DNA of 64,000 nt, from positions 65,924 through 129,923 of the forward strand of contig CAVTWU010000029.1 of NCBI GenBank assembly GCA_963738475.1, read 5' to 3'. The translations under genes and the position numbers were made by a program. Positions 47,216 to 58,354 of the stretch are shown here, piece by piece; position 1 is the stretch's first letter; each line of letters begins with the position of its first letter. The notes below the pieces were generated by a model. That model had not been told where the DNA came from. It worked only from the letters and a program-made list of their open reading frames with translations, and made no database searches. This stretch comes from an uncultured Chloroflexia bacterium (GTDB taxonomy: Bacteria; Chloroflexota; Limnocylindria; Limnocylindrales; CSP1-4).

Positions 47216-48856
47216 GTGTCCGAGACCCTTCTGGGCCTGCTCGACGAAGCCGTGTCGCGGTACGGCGACAAGCCCGCGCTGAGCCTGCGCGCGGACGATG
47301 GCTCGACCAGCGACTGGAGCTTCCGCGAGCTCGAGCGACGAGGGCGCCTCGCCGCCTGGCGCCTGCGGGCCCTCGGCCTGGAACCCGGCGACCGCGTCCT
47401 GACCTGGTCCCCGTCCATGCCGGAACTGGCGGCGGCCTACTTCGGGGCCATGCGTGCGCGCCTGATCTACGTGCCGCTGGACCTGCGCATGTCGACCGAG
47501 GCCGTCGAGGCGATCGTCCGCACGAGCGAGTCGCGCCACCTGATCCTGGGCACCGGACGCGACGCGCCGGACCCGCGCGAAGCTCGACTCGAACACTTCC
47601 CCACGACGACGCTCGAGGCCCTGTGCGCCGAACCCGCCGACGACGACCCGCTCTTCCCGCCCGACTGGGAGGCGCACCAGGCCGCCTGGGAGTCGCCGAC
47701 ACCCGACGAGATCTTCCAGCTCGTCTTCACGTCCGGCACGACCGGCACGCCGAAGGGCGTGATGCTCGCCCACGACAACCTGCTGGCCTCGATCGAGTCC
47801 TTCCACGCGGTCATGCCGCACCTGGAGCATCGGATCGTGTCGCTGCTGCCCCTGTCGCACCTGCTCGAGCAGGCGGTCGGGCTGTTCTACGCGCTGAGCG
47901 TCGGGGCCGACGTCCTGTACGTCCGCAGCCGCAACCCACGCGTCATCTTCGATGCCCTGCGCGACCACGAGGTCACCTCGATGGTCGTGGTGCCGCAGGT
48001 CCTGGACCTGTTCTGGAGCGCCATCACGCGCGAGGTCGAGAAGCGCGGGAAGACCGCGTCGTTCGATCGCCTTCGGGGGATCGCCCGTCATCTCCCGATG
48101 GCGATCCGGCGGATGCTGTTCGGCAGCGTCCACAAGCAGATCGGCGGGCACCTGCGCCTGTTCGTGTCGTCCGGGGCGTTCCTGCCGCCGGCGCTGCAGC
48201 AGGGCTGGGAGGACCTCGGCGTCATCGTCATGCAGGGCTACGGCGCCACGGAGACCGGGACCGGCAGCTGCACGACGCTGGACGATCACGGCCTCGGGAC
48301 GGTGGGGCGGCCACCGGCCGGGATCCAGATGCGCCTCGCCGAGGATGGCGAAGTCCAGTTCAAGGGCCGGCCGGTGTTCAAGGGCTACTGGCGGAACCCC
48401 GAAGCGACGGCCGCCGCCTTCACCGAGGACGGCTGGTACCACACCGGCGACATCGGCCACCTCGACGACGAGGGCCGCCTGATCCTGTCGGGCCGGATGA
48501 AGGACATCATCGTCCTGCCGAACGGCTTCAACGTCTATCCCGAGGATCTCGAGAACGCCCTCCGCATCGCCGGCATCCGCGACTCGGTCGTGCTCGAGAC
48601 GAAGCCCGGTCGCATCGAGGCCATCGTGCTCGCCGGCACGACGCTCGGCGCCACGCCCGACCCGGCCGAGATCCGCGCGCGACTCGATGCCGCCGTGAAG
48701 GCCGCCAACGCGACGCTGGGACCGAACCAGCGGATCGCCGGCTGGCGCCTGTGGCCCGAGGACGACTTCCCGCGCACCCACACGCTCAAGGTGAAGCGCC
48801 CGCTCGTGCGCGCCTGGGCCGACGTCGAGGCGGCGCTGCCCGTCCAGGCCTCGTAG
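47216..48856 (+). CDS. Long-chain acyl-CoA ligase (AMP-binding)
   Basis: FTSGTTGTPKGV, LPLSHLLE, QGYGATE, GWYHTGDIG, GRMKDII, NVYPEDLE; GTG start six nt after TATCCT. Confidence 0.9.
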   Translation: MSETLLGLLDEAVSRYGDKPALSLRADDGSTSDWSFRELERRGRLAAWRLRALGLEPGDRVLTWSPSMPELAAAYFGAMRARLIYVPLDLRMSTEAVEAIVRTSESRHLILGTGRDAPDPREARLEHFPTTTLEALCAEPADDDPLFPPDWEAHQAAWESPTPDEIFQLVFTSGTTGTPKGVMLAHDNLLASIESFHAVMPHLEHRIVSLLPLSHLLEQAVGLFYALSVGADVLYVRSRNPRVIFDALRDHEVTSMVVVPQVLDLFWSAITREVEKRGKTASFDRLRGIARHLPMAIRRMLFGSVHKQIGGHLRLFVSSGAFLPPALQQGWEDLGVIVMQGYGATETGTGSCTTLDDHGLGTVGRPPAGIQMRLAEDGEVQFKGRPVFKGYWRNPEATAAAFTEDGWYHTGDIGHLDDEGRLILSGRMKDIIVLPNGFNVYPEDLENALRIAGIRDSVVLETKPGRIEAIVLAGTTLGATPDPAEIRARLDAAVKAANATLGPNQRIAGWRLWPEDDFPRTHTLKVKRPLVRAWADVEAALPVQAS

Positions 48857-48914
48857 GCCAGGCGGCAGTCGACCGGCCGCGCCGTCCGCCTAGGCGCCGG
48901 CCCCGGTCGCGGAC

Positions 48915-49478
48915 CTAGCCCGGGACCGGGTACCCCACGCCGAGCGTCTCGAGCGCGGCCTGGATCTCGGCCGAGCCCGGATCGTTGGACGCCGCCGCCG
49001 GCTGCCACGCGTGATAGACGACCGTCGTCCCGACCTGGCGGATCGTGTGGACCGTGCCCTGCGGCGACTGGACCCGGCCCGGACCGGTCGCCAGGTAGGC
49101 CTGCTGTTCGGCGGCGGCCATGGCGGCCTGCGACGAGTCGATGAACTCGTAGACCACGATGTAGCCGCCGTTCGGATCCGCCGGCAGCGTGACCTGGTAC
49201 ACGGCCCGCGGCGCCGAGGCCAGCATCGCCGACTCCGGCGGCCGGTACGGCGAGATCGTGTCGGTCAGGATGAGGTTCCTGGCTCCCGAGCGCCTCGGCG
49301 ATCTGCCCGCGCGTCCCGATGACCGCCGGCGAGACCGTCCGATCCGGCCCGACCGAGCCCACCGGATACGTGACCGACGCCCCGTCGCTCGGCGAACACG
49401 CCGCGACGGCCCCGATGAGCGCGACGAGCAGCGACGCCGCCGAGCGCCGACCGAGCCCGCCCGTCCGACGGGCCTCAT
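48915..49478 (-). CDS. Hypothetical lipoprotein, frameshift near 49285
   Basis: LLVALIGAVAAC lipobox-like; ATG overlaps the HIT stop. Confidence 0.6.
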   Translation of the reverse strand: MRPVGRAGSVGARRRRCSSRSSGPSRRVRRATGRRSRIRWARSGRIGRSRRRSSGRAGRSPRRSGARNLILTDTISPYRPPESAMLASAPRAVYQVTLPADPNGGYIVVYEFIDSSQAAMAAAEQQAYLATGPGRVQSPQGTVHTIRQVGTTVVYHAWQPAAASNDPGSAEIQAALETLGVGYPVPG

Positions 49479-49843
49479 CCGGGCGGCCAGCCCATCTGGC
49501 GCCCGCCGAGCAGGTGCACATGGAGGTGATGGACGCTCTGACCGCCCTCGTCGCCGACGTTCGTGACGAGCCGGTAGCCGGCATCCGCGACACCCTCGGT
49601 GCGGGCCAGATCCGCGGCCACAGCGAACAGTCGCCCGAGCAGGGCGCCGTGGGCCTCGCCGAGCTCCGCCGCCGAGCGGATGTGCTCACGCGGGACGATC
49701 AGGACGTGGGTCGGCGCGTCGGGCGCGATGTCACGGAAGGCCACGACGAGGTCGTCCTCGTGGAGCCTCGTGGACGGCAGGTCGCCCGCGACGATCCGAC
49801 AGAACAGGCAGGCTGCGGCGTCCGACACGGGAACCTCCGTCAC
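49475..49843 (-). CDS. HIT (histidine triad) nucleotide-binding protein
   Basis: CLFCRIV, FRDIAP.AP.HVLIVP, GGQSVHHLHVHLLGGRQMGWPPG. Confidence 0.95.
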   Translation of the reverse strand: MTEVPVSDAAACLFCRIVAGDLPSTRLHEDDLVVAFRDIAPDAPTHVLIVPREHIRSAAELGEAHGALLGRLFAVAADLARTEGVADAGYRLVTNVGDEGGQSVHHLHVHLLGGRQMGWPPG

Positions 49844-50302
49844 CACAGGGTCGGCTTGGTGCTCATCAGGAACCCGATCGTCCCGACGAGTCCAGCCATC
49901 AGGTACGACACGTAGCGCTGGCGCTTGGCTCGCTCCTTCCAGACCCGGTCGTCGGCCGCCGCCGTGACGCCGACCAGGCGCCGCAGGTTCGGGCGCTGGA
50001 TGAAGAACGCCAGGCCGAGGTTCGCGAAGTAGATCGTCAGCGCGAGGACCAGCCACGGCTGCTGGAACATGCCCGAGCCGAGGGACGCCACGAGGCCGAG
50101 CCCGGTGATCGCCAGGCCGGCCCCGATGACGATCGTGCCGTGCGTCTGGGCGTACAGCAGCCCCTGGACGACGCGGCTGTCCGAGTCCACCGTGGCCCGC
50201 CGGGTCCGCAGCGTGAACGGCAGCAGGATGGACGGCAGCACCAGGCAGATCGCGAGCGCGATGTGGGCGACGAGCAGGATCGGGAAAGAGGTTCGAGGGC
50301 AT
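49840..50302 (-). CDS. DUF2269-like 4-TM membrane protein, frameshift near 50282
   Basis: LVAHIALAI, ITGLGLV, PWLVLAL, C-terminal LMSTKP. Confidence 0.65.
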
Positions 50303-50342
50303 CGCCGTCGATTGTAGGGTGGCGCGCTCGGCCTGGCGCGGT

Positions 50343-51329
50343 TCAGGCCGGCGCGGCGCGCCTCGAGCGCGACCCAGTCACCCTCGGCCGTCCGTGCCGT
50401 GACGGTCAGCCCGGCCGCCTCGAACGCGGCGACGACGGCCGCCTCGCGGTCGTGGAAGATCCCCGACGCGAGCAGGATCCCGCCCGGACGCAGCTCGTCC
50501 CGCAGCGGCACGGCGAGCGGGACCAGCACGCCGGCGATCAGGTTGGCGAGGACGACATCGAAGCCGGGCTCGCCGCTCGGGCAGGCTGCCCTCGCGGGCC
50601 CGGACGCTCCGGACGAGCCGGTTCCGTCGAGCGTTGGCGAGGGTCGCCTCCTCGGCGACCGGGTCCGTGTCCACCCCGAACGCGGAGGCCGCCCCGAGCT
50701 TGACCGCCGCGATGGCCAGGATCCCGGAACCGCAGCCGACGTCCAGGACGCGCGTCCCGGCCAGCTCGCCCCGGTCCGCGACGACCTCCAGGGCCGCCAG
50801 GCACAGCCGGGTCGTGGGATGCAGGCCGGTCCCGAACGCCATGCCCGGGTCCAGCGCCAGGACCACGTCGTCCGGCTGTCGACGATGCCGCCGCCACGTG
50901 GGCCGGATGACGATCCGCCGTCCGACACGCAGGACCGGGAAGTAGTCCTTCCAGGCATCGGCCCAGTCGGACTCGGCGACGAGGCGCGTCTGGAGCTCGC
51001 CGATCGGTCGCAACCCGAACGCCTGCAGGTGCCCGAGGGCCGCGGTCACATCGGCCACGACCGCCTCGGCGGCGGCGGGGTCGCCGGCCGGTACATACGC
51101 CCGGACCGTCGCCGGCCGGGTCGGGTCCACGCGCGCGCCGAGGCCCTCATCGACGAGGTCGAACGCCGGCTCCACGGACGTGCCCGGCCGGCGCGTGGCG
51201 GCCCAGGATCTCGCTGACCGCCTCGACCGCCTCCACGTCCGCCACGACCGAGAGTTCCAGCCACGCGCCCGTGGCCGCCGCCGGACTCCGCGTCGTGCCG
51301 ACGGCGCCCCCCTCAGCCGAGGGCGTCAC
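50343..51329 (-). CDS. prmA: Ribosomal protein L11 methyltransferase, frameshifted
   Basis: [53 protein letters not shown]; lies downstream of dnaJ. Confidence 0.92.
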
Positions 51330-52446
51330 GGACCTTGTCGAAGAAGCTCCCCGTCGCATGGGTGATCTCGCCGGACTCGTCCGCGTAGGCGGACAGCAGT
51401 TCCTTCTGGCGCTTCGTCAGCTTGGTCGGGACGACGACGTTGACCAGCACGTGCAGGTCGCCGCGCGATCCCGAACGGCGCAGGTGCGGGACGCCCTTGC
51501 CGCGCAGCCGGATCTCGGTCTCGGGCTGGGTGCCCGGCTTGATCTCGACCTCTTCGGTGCCGTCCACGGTCGGCACCATGATCCGCGTCCCGAGCGCGGC
51601 CTGGGCGATCGACACATCCGCCTCGAAGTACAGCTCCGTCCCGTCGCGCTTGAGGGTCTTGTGCTGGCGCGACGTGGACGGCCACGTACAGGCTGCCGGC
51701 CGGGCCACCGCGGGCCCCGACCTCGCCCTCGTTCGACAGGCGGATCTGGTGGCCCTCGTCGATGCCGGGCGGGATGGTCACGCGCAGCGTGCGTCGCTGC
51801 TCGGTGCGGCCCTCGCCCTTGCAGGTGGGGCAGGCCGACTCGATGATCTTGCCCTCGCCCTTGCAGCGCGGGCAGGCGCTGACGTTGACCATCTGGCCGA
51901 GCATCGTCTGGCGGACGCTGCGGATCTCGCCGCGGCCGTCGCACTGCGGGACAGGTGATCGGCTCCGCGCCCTCCTTCGCGCCACTCCCCTGGCAGGTGG
52001 CGCAGCGGAGCAGGACCGGGAACTCGATCTCCTTCTCGGTCCCGTTGACGGCCTCCTCGAAGGTCAGGCGCAGGTCGTAGCGCAGGTCCGCCCCGGGCTG
52101 CGGCCGGCCGCGACGGGCGGCACTCGCGCCACCGGCCCCGCCGAAGAAGGCATCGAAGATGTCGCTGAAGCCACCGAAGCCACCCTCGAAGCCGGCGCCG
52201 CCCGCGCCCGCCGGCGCCGTTGACGCCGGCCGCCCCGAACATGTCGTAGCGCTGGCGCTGCTGCGGATCCGACAGGACCTGGTAGGCCTGGTTGATCTCC
52301 TTGAACTTCTCCTGGGCCTCGGGCGTCGCGTTGACGTCCGGGTGCCACTGCTGGGCGAGCTTGCGGAAGGCGCGCTTCAGCTCGGCGTCGGACGCGCCGC
52401 GCTCGACGCCCAGGACCTCGTAGTAATCGCGTTCAGCGGTGGCCAT
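51313..52446 (-). CDS. dnaJ: Chaperone DnaJ, frameshifted
   Basis: [11 protein letters not shown] motif, G/F region, CxxCxGxG zinc repeats, [22 protein letters not shown]. Confidence 0.96.
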
Positions 52447-52495
52447 CGGTCACGAAGGATACGGGAGGATGGCCCCGCGCACCGGAGCGACGTCC

Positions 52496-53407
52496 TCAGT
52501 GGGCCGCCGCACCCACGTCGAGACCCGCCGCCTCGAGCAACCCGGCGAGGTGCCGAGCATCGTCGGCCGACAGGTCCAGGAGCGGGCCGCGGACCGGGCC
52601 GGTCGTCAGCCCGACGCTGCGGCAGGCCGACTTCACGGCGGCCGCGTAGCTCGTCGACTCGAGGAACGCGCAGATCGGCCAGAGGCGCGACCACAGCTCG
52701 CGCGCCCCGGCCAGGTCGAGGTCCTCGATGAGCAGGCGATGCAGCTGGACGCACTCGGCCGGCATGAACGACGCCGCGCCCCACACGACCCCGCGCGAGC
52801 CGGCGGCCAGCGCCGCGAACGTGAGCGTGTCCCAGCCGTTGAGGAGGACCGGCACGTCGCCTTCGCGCTGCATCAACTCGGTCTGGAGGACGGCGTCGCC
52901 GCCGGTGTCCTTGAGCGACGACACGCCGACGCGTGCCAGGTCGGCGGCGCGTTCGACCGTCAGGGTCACGCCCGTGATGCTCGGGATGTTGTAGTACATG
53001 ATCGGGATCGAGACGCGATCGGCCACGGCCGAGATGTGGGCCAGGAGTTCCGGCCACGTCGGCGCCCCGTAGAACGGCGGGACGATCATCACGCCGGCGG
53101 CGCCGGCGCGTTCCGCGTGGACGCTCAGCTCCACGGTCTCGGCCGTCGTCAGGGCACCGGTCGCGGCGACCGTCGGGACGCGCCCGGCAGCCGCCTCGAT
53201 CGTCAGCTCCACGACGGTCCGTCGCTCGTCGGTGGTCAGGGCCGTGAACTCGCCCGTGCTGCCGTTCGGGACCAGGCCGCCGACGCCGGCATCGATGCAG
53301 CGTTCGATGAGCGCCCGCAGGGCTGCCGCGTCGACCTCGCTCCCGTCCGGGGTGAACGGCGTGATCAGCGCCGGCAGGACGCCTTCGAACCCCTGGGATC
53401 CCGTCAT
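52496..53407 (-). CDS. Dihydrodipicolinate-synthase-family aldolase/lyase
   Basis: PALITPF, GSTGEF, YYNIP, LKDTGGD (Schiff-base Lys). Confidence 0.88.
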   Translation of the reverse strand: MTGSQGFEGVLPALITPFTPDGSEVDAAALRALIERCIDAGVGGLVPNGSTGEFTALTTDERRTVVELTIEAAAGRVPTVAATGALTTAETVELSVHAERAGAAGVMIVPPFYGAPTWPELLAHISAVADRVSIPIMYYNIPSITGVTLTVERAADLARVGVSSLKDTGGDAVLQTELMQREGDVPVLLNGWDTLTFAALAAGSRGVVWGAASFMPAECVQLHRLLIEDLDLAGARELWSRLWPICAFLESTSYAAAVKSACRSVGLTTGPVRGPLLDLSADDARHLAGLLEAAGLDVGAAAH

Positions 53408-54828
53408 CGAACCGCCTCCGCTTGCGCCGTGGATGGGCCATCGCCCTGATCGAGCATCGAGGCGACCCGGTCGGCCGCCGCGGCGCCGGTCCGTGCCGCC
53501 ATCTCGAGATTGCCGAGTTCGGCGAAGTAGTCGCCGGCCAGGTGGATGTTCGCATGTGGGCCCGAGCGGCCCTTCGATCGCCGACTGCAGACGCTGGCGA
53601 CCGGGCTTCGCGTACACGTTGCCCATCGGCCATCGCCACACGCGCGCCTCCTCGACCAGGCCCCGCGCCTCCGGGTAGAGCCCGACGAGGTCGCCGACGA
53701 AGCGCTCGATGATCACCTCGTCCGACTCGGCCATCAGGGTCGCCGCCGCCTGGGCGCCGGCGAACAGCATCAGCGTGCCGCCCGGCTGCCGGGCGCCGGC
53801 CGTCCGGAGGGCGTGGGACTGGTTCGTGAACATGTCGAAGACCCGGCCCGGCGTGGCCATCGCGTAGACGTCGTCCCAGGGCATCGGCTGACGTCTCCTT
53901 CGTCGCGACCGCCACGCTCAGGAACGCGCCGTACGACATCTGGCCGAGGGCGGTCGAGGCCTCCGGGGCGATCTCGGCGATGAGCGCGGACGCGAACGGC
54001 GCCTGCGCGGCGAGGACCACGTGGCGGGCCCGGATCCGCCTCGGCGTCCCGTGGTCGAGGTACTCGACGACGTGCCCGTCGTCGTCGGGGACGGATCGCC
54101 TCGGCCCGGGCGTTGGTCCGCGTCGCGTCCCCGAGCGCGGCGCCCAGGGCCGCCGGCAGCCGCCCCGTCCCGCCGAGCAGGTTGCGCGCGATGAGCGACT
54201 TCTTGCCGCCCCAGACCAGGGCGAACAGGCCGATCCCGCAGCCGGCCGAGAGCTCGTCGAGCTCGGCGGTCGCGCGGTGCGACGCGGTCGAGAAGATGCC
54301 TTCGACGGCCTTCGGCATCGAGCCCAGGAAGTCGGCGAACGTGCGGTCGTCGAGGAAGCCCAGGACCCGATCACGGACATCTGCGGGCGTGTCATCCGGA
54401 CCGGGCCTGGCGTTCTTCTGGTAGCTGGCCACCGCTCGCTGGATCTGGAGGCCCTTGATCGCGAACGCCGCCTTGTCGCGGAGGGACAGCGGCAGGCGCA
54501 GCGGATACGACTCGATGCGGCCGCTGGTCAGGCGCTTGTCGCCGACGGCCAGGCCCATCATCCCGCCCCAGACCGGGACCATCTCGAGGTCCACCTCGCG
54601 GGCCATCGTGTCGACCAGCGATCCCGGCGCCGGGAACAGGTGGGCGCCGTAGTTCATCCAGTAGTCGCCGTACGCCTCGGAGCGGACGCGGCCACCGAGG
54701 CGGTCCGAAGCCTCCAGCAGGACCACGTCCCGGTCGCGCAGCCGCCACGCCGCGGACAGGCCGGCGATGCCGCCGCCGATGACGACCACGTCATGCCGTT
54801 CGATGGGTCCCGTTCCGTCGTCCACCAT
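53404..54828 (-). CDS. FAD-dependent oxidoreductase (flavin amine oxidase/protoporphyrinogen oxidase family), frameshifted
   Basis: VIGGGIAGLSAA, LEASDRLGGR, GAHLF; C-terminal HLAGDYF. Confidence 0.82.
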
Positions 54829-54859
54829 GCCTCCAAGCCAGGACCGCGATCGTACGCTG

Positions 54860-55548
54860 CGGTCAGCCGGCGAGTGACACCGCCTGCGCGATCACGTGCC
54901 TCGAACATCGGCACCGTCAGGCGGCCGGTGAACGTGTTCTGCTGGCTCGGGTGGTACGACCCGACGAGGCGGTAGGGACCCACCTCGTACGACACGCCGT
55001 GCCCGAACCGGGGCTTGGGCGACGCCGGATGGCCGAGCGTCCGGAGCGCCCGGAGCGCCGCGTCCCAGCCGAACGTGCCGAGCGCCAGGATCACCCGCAG
55101 CTCGGTCAGCAGCGCGATCTCGCGGGCCAGGAACGGCGCGCACGCGTCACGTTCGTCGTTGGTCGGCTTGTTGAGCGGCGGCGCACACCGGACGGCGGCG
55201 GCGATGTAGGCATCGGTGAGCGTCAGGCCGTCATCCGCCCGGCGTGAGGACGGCTCGGTCCGCCAGTCCCGCCCCGTGGAGCGCCGCCCACAGGAAGTCG
55301 CCCGACTTGTCACCGGTGAAGACCCGGCCGGTCCGATTGCCGCCGTGCGCCGCCGGGGCGAGCCCGATGATCAGGATCCGACCGTCCGGGTCGCCGAACC
55401 CGGGCAGCGGCCGACCCCAGTAGGGCTCGTCGCGGAAGCGGGCGACCTTCTCGACGGCGACGCGCTCGCGCCACTCGACCAGGCGCGGACAGCGGCGACA
55501 CTCGACGATCTCGGCGCTGAGGGCCGCCAGTGCGGCTCGATCGGTCAT
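54860..55548 (-). CDS. Uracil-DNA glycosylase, Fe-S family 5 (UdgB-like); frameshift near 55250
   Basis: [46 protein letters not shown]. Confidence 0.92.
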
Positions 55549-55558
55549 CCCGCGTGAC

Positions 55559-56359
55559 CTACTTGAGCAGGAGCTTGTCGAGCCGACGAGACGTGATGAC
55601 GAGCCCGATGACGCCCATGACCACGAGGTAGGCGACGTTGAAGAGCAGGGCCGGCGACACGAAGCCGACCGACAGCGCGCGGATCAACTCCACGCCCTGG
55701 TAGAGCGGCGTGAGGGAGACGAACGTCTGGAGGGCCGGCGGATAGGCCGTGATCGGGTAGAACGTGGCCGAGAACAGGAACATCGGCAGGACGACGATGT
55801 TGATGAGGTCGAAGTCCTGCCAGGAGCGCATGAACGACGTGCAGGCCATGCCGACCGCGCCGAACGCGAAGCCGACCAGGAGCGCCGCCGGGAACGCGAG
55901 GATGACCCACGGCGAGACGATCAGGCCCAGCACCGCGATGACGACCATGAACCCGATGGCGTACAGGCCGCCGCGGATCAACGCCCAGCCGAGCTCGCCC
56001 ATCGCGATGTCGCCGGGCGACAGCGGCGTGGACAGGATCGAGGCGAACGTCTTGTTGTAGTTCAGCTTGAAGAAGAAGTTGAACGTCGCTTCCTGGATCG
56101 CGCCGTTCATCGCCGAGCTGGCCAGCAGCGCCGGGGCCACGAACTGCTGGTAGCTGATCTCCTGGCCGCCGGGGCCGATGACCGGTCCGACCAGCATGCC
56201 GATCCCGAACCCGATGCCCAACAGGTAGAACAACGGCTCGAAGAAGCCGCTGAAGATGACCAGCCAGCCGTGCTTGTAGACGTACAGGTTCCGCTCGATG
56301 AGCTTGGCCGAGCGGCGGCTCCCGAACATGAACGTCGGCGTGATCCGGAGGGCGGTCAT
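55559..56359 (-). CDS. ABC-2 type exporter permease (NodJ-like)
   Basis: [44 protein letters not shown]. Confidence 0.88.
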   Translation of the reverse strand: MTALRITPTFMFGSRRSAKLIERNLYVYKHGWLVIFSGFFEPLFYLLGIGFGIGMLVGPVIGPGGQEISYQQFVAPALLASSAMNGAIQEATFNFFFKLNYNKTFASILSTPLSPGDIAMGELGWALIRGGLYAIGFMVVIAVLGLIVSPWVILAFPAALLVGFAFGAVGMACTSFMRSWQDFDLINIVVLPMFLFSATFYPITAYPPALQTFVSLTPLYQGVELIRALSVGFVSPALLFNVAYLVVMGVIGLVITSRRLDKLLLK

Positions 56360-57189
56360 CCGCGCACCAGCCTCGCCCCGATCGTCCGGATCGCGAACCA
56401 CGTGCCCACGATCACGAAGGCGGACAGGAACAGGACGTCCACGACCGCCGCGACCGGGTCTGCGGTGATCGTTCCGAGCGACAGGCCGCGGGTCAGCGTC
56501 GACGCCGTGGTAGAGCGGCGTGAACCAGGCGAGGACCTGGAGCGACCTGTGGCAGCGACGACGACCGGGAAGAACGTGCCGGAGAACAGGAACAGCGGCG
56601 TGATGACGAACCGGAACAGCGCGTTGAACTTGATCGGCGTCTTCTGGGTCGCCGAGAACGCGGCGATCGGGGCGGCGAAGGCCATGCCGGTCAGGACCGC
56701 CGCGGGGATGGCCAGCACGATCAGCGGCGACTCGGCCGCGCCGAACAGGACGATGACGATCGTGAAGACCGTGCAGATGAGCAGGAGGCGCGCGGCGATG
56801 AACAGGAGATTGCCCAGGGCGATGTCGCGCGGCGAGATCGGCGACGCGTACATCGCGTGGAAGATCCGGCTCCACAGCAGGCCGCTCATGACCGGGAACG
56901 TCGCCTCGAAGGCGGCCGAGTTCATCGCGGCCGCGGCCAGCAGTCCCGGCGCCAGGAAGACGAGGTAGCTGATCCCACCGAGTGACGCGGTACTGCCGTC
57001 GTCCACGTACGACCCGAGACCCAGGCCCATGGCGGCGAGGAACAGGGCGGGCGTCACGAACGACGTGAAGATCGTCGAGCGGAACGTGCGCTTGTACGCC
57101 AGCAGGCGGTGCTCGAAGACGCGCGCGATGGTCGACCCCGGCGCCGGCGTTGGCGCGGGAGCGGACGGGGTTCGGGCGATGGCGGTCAT
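56356..57189 (-). CDS. ABC-2 type exporter permease (NodJ-like), probable frameshift near 56540
   Basis: FLAAMGLGLG, FLAPGLLA, TPLFLFSGTFFP. Confidence 0.86.
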   Translation of the reverse strand: MTAIARTPSAPAPTPAPGSTIARVFEHRLLAYKRTFRSTIFTSFVTPALFLAAMGLGLGSYVDDGSTASLGGISYLVFLAPGLLAAAAMNSAAFEATFPVMSGLLWSRIFHAMYASPISPRDIALGNLLFIAARLLLICTVFTIVIVLFGAAESPLIVLAIPAAVLTGMAFAAPIAAFSATQKTPIKFNALFRFVITPLFLFSGTFFPVVVAATGRSRSSPGSRRSTTASTLTRGLSLGTITADPVAAVVDVLFLSAFVIVGTWFAIRTIGARLVRG

Positions 57190-57210
57190 CGAGGCCTCGA
57201 CGGTCCGAGG

Positions 57211-58185
57211 CTATTCGATGAGGGAGCGGCCGGTCAGCCGCAGGAAGACGTCCTCGAGCGACGATCGGCGCACGAGCACCGCCTCCGGCTTGAGGCCCAT
57301 CGCGTGGACGGCGACCGCGGCCTCCTCGCCGTCGTCGGCGTAGAGCAGGATCCGGTCCGGCAGGAACTCGGTCCGCTGGGCGATCGCATCGAACCGGCCG
57401 TGGAGCGTCTCGGCCACATCCGGCAGGAACCGCAGTTCCGCGACTTCCTTCGTGGAGTACTGCTCGATGAGCGACCGCGGACTGCCTTCGGCCACGATCT
57501 TCGCCTTGTCCATGACGACCAGCCGGTCGCACAGCTGCTCCGCCTCGTCCATGTAGTGCGTGGTGAGGACGAGCGTGACGCCGCGCTGCTTGAGCCGGTA
57601 GAGCCGGTCCCACAGCAGGTGGCGAGCCTGCGGGTCCAGGCCGGTGGTCGGTTCGTCCAGCAGCAGGATCGTCGGCTCGTTGATGAGCGAGCGAGCGATG
57701 GTCAGGCGTCGCTTCATGCCGCCCGACAGCGGCTCGACCTGGTCGCCGGCTCGCTCCGTCAGCTGGGCGAACTCGAGCAGTTCGTCGGCGCGCTTGCCGA
57801 CCTCGGCCCGCGACAGCCCGAAGTAGCGGCCGTAGATGATCAGGTTCTCGCGGACGGTCAGCTCCGTGTCCAGCGTGTCCTGCTGCGGCACGACCCCGAG
57901 ACGAGCCCGGATGCGCGGCCCGTCCGTCGCCGGGTCCATGTCCATGATCCGGAGCGACCCGTCGGTGATCGGCGAGACGCAGCCGATCATCCGCATCGTC
58001 GAGGTCTTGCCGGCGCCATTGGGCCCCAGGAAGCCGAACGATTCGCCGGGCGCGACATCGAAGTCGACGGCGTCCACCGCGGTGAACTCGCCGAACCGCT
58101 TGGTCAGTCCGCGGGCACGGATGAGTGAGGGAGTCGCCGAGGTGTCGGGGGCGGACACGGCCGGCGACACGAGGGTGTCGGGCAT
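57211..58185 (-). CDS. ABC exporter ATP-binding protein (NodI/DrrA-like)
   Basis: GPNGAGKT, VVPQQD.LD, LSGGMKRR, LDEPTTGLDPQAR, TTHYMDEAE. Confidence 0.92.
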   Translation of the reverse strand: MPDTLVSPAVSAPDTSATPSLIRARGLTKRFGEFTAVDAVDFDVAPGESFGFLGPNGAGKTSTMRMIGCVSPITDGSLRIMDMDPATDGPRIRARLGVVPQQDTLDTELTVRENLIIYGRYFGLSRAEVGKRADELLEFAQLTERAGDQVEPLSGGMKRRLTIARSLINEPTILLLDEPTTGLDPQARHLLWDRLYRLKQRGVTLVLTTHYMDEAEQLCDRLVVMDKAKIVAEGSPRSLIEQYSTKEVAELRFLPDVAETLHGRFDAIAQRTEFLPDRILLYADDGEEAAVAVHAMGLKPEAVLVRRSSLEDVFLRLTGRSLIE

Positions 58186-58265
58186 GGGTGCGCATGGTAC
58201 CGCGCAGGCCGCGGGGGTGGGCGACCCATCCGATCTGCCCGGTCGCGCGTATCCCCTGTGAAACC

Positions 58266-58293
58266 TGCTACACCGGAGTAGCACAACGTGCTA
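58266..58293. promoter_or_regulatory. Two overlapping palindromes in a divergent intergenic region (candidate operator)
   Basis: TGCTAC-N6-GTAGCA at 58266-58283 and TAGCAC-N3-GTGCTA at 58279-58293. Confidence 0.5.
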
Positions 58294-58354
58294 GGATGCG
58301 ACACGACGCGAGTCCGGGCACGCGAAGCGACCGGCCGCCACACAGGAGCCCGAT

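Noticed and set aside
43315-48915. att sites or terminal repeats bounding the Lgt/radical SAM block
   Set aside because: I found no convincing direct or inverted repeat by eye and no integrase, so it is not called a mobile element.
55559-58185. Nodulation factor export (nodIJ)
   Set aside because: Family-level similarity only; there are no nod biosynthesis genes and this exporter family is widespread.
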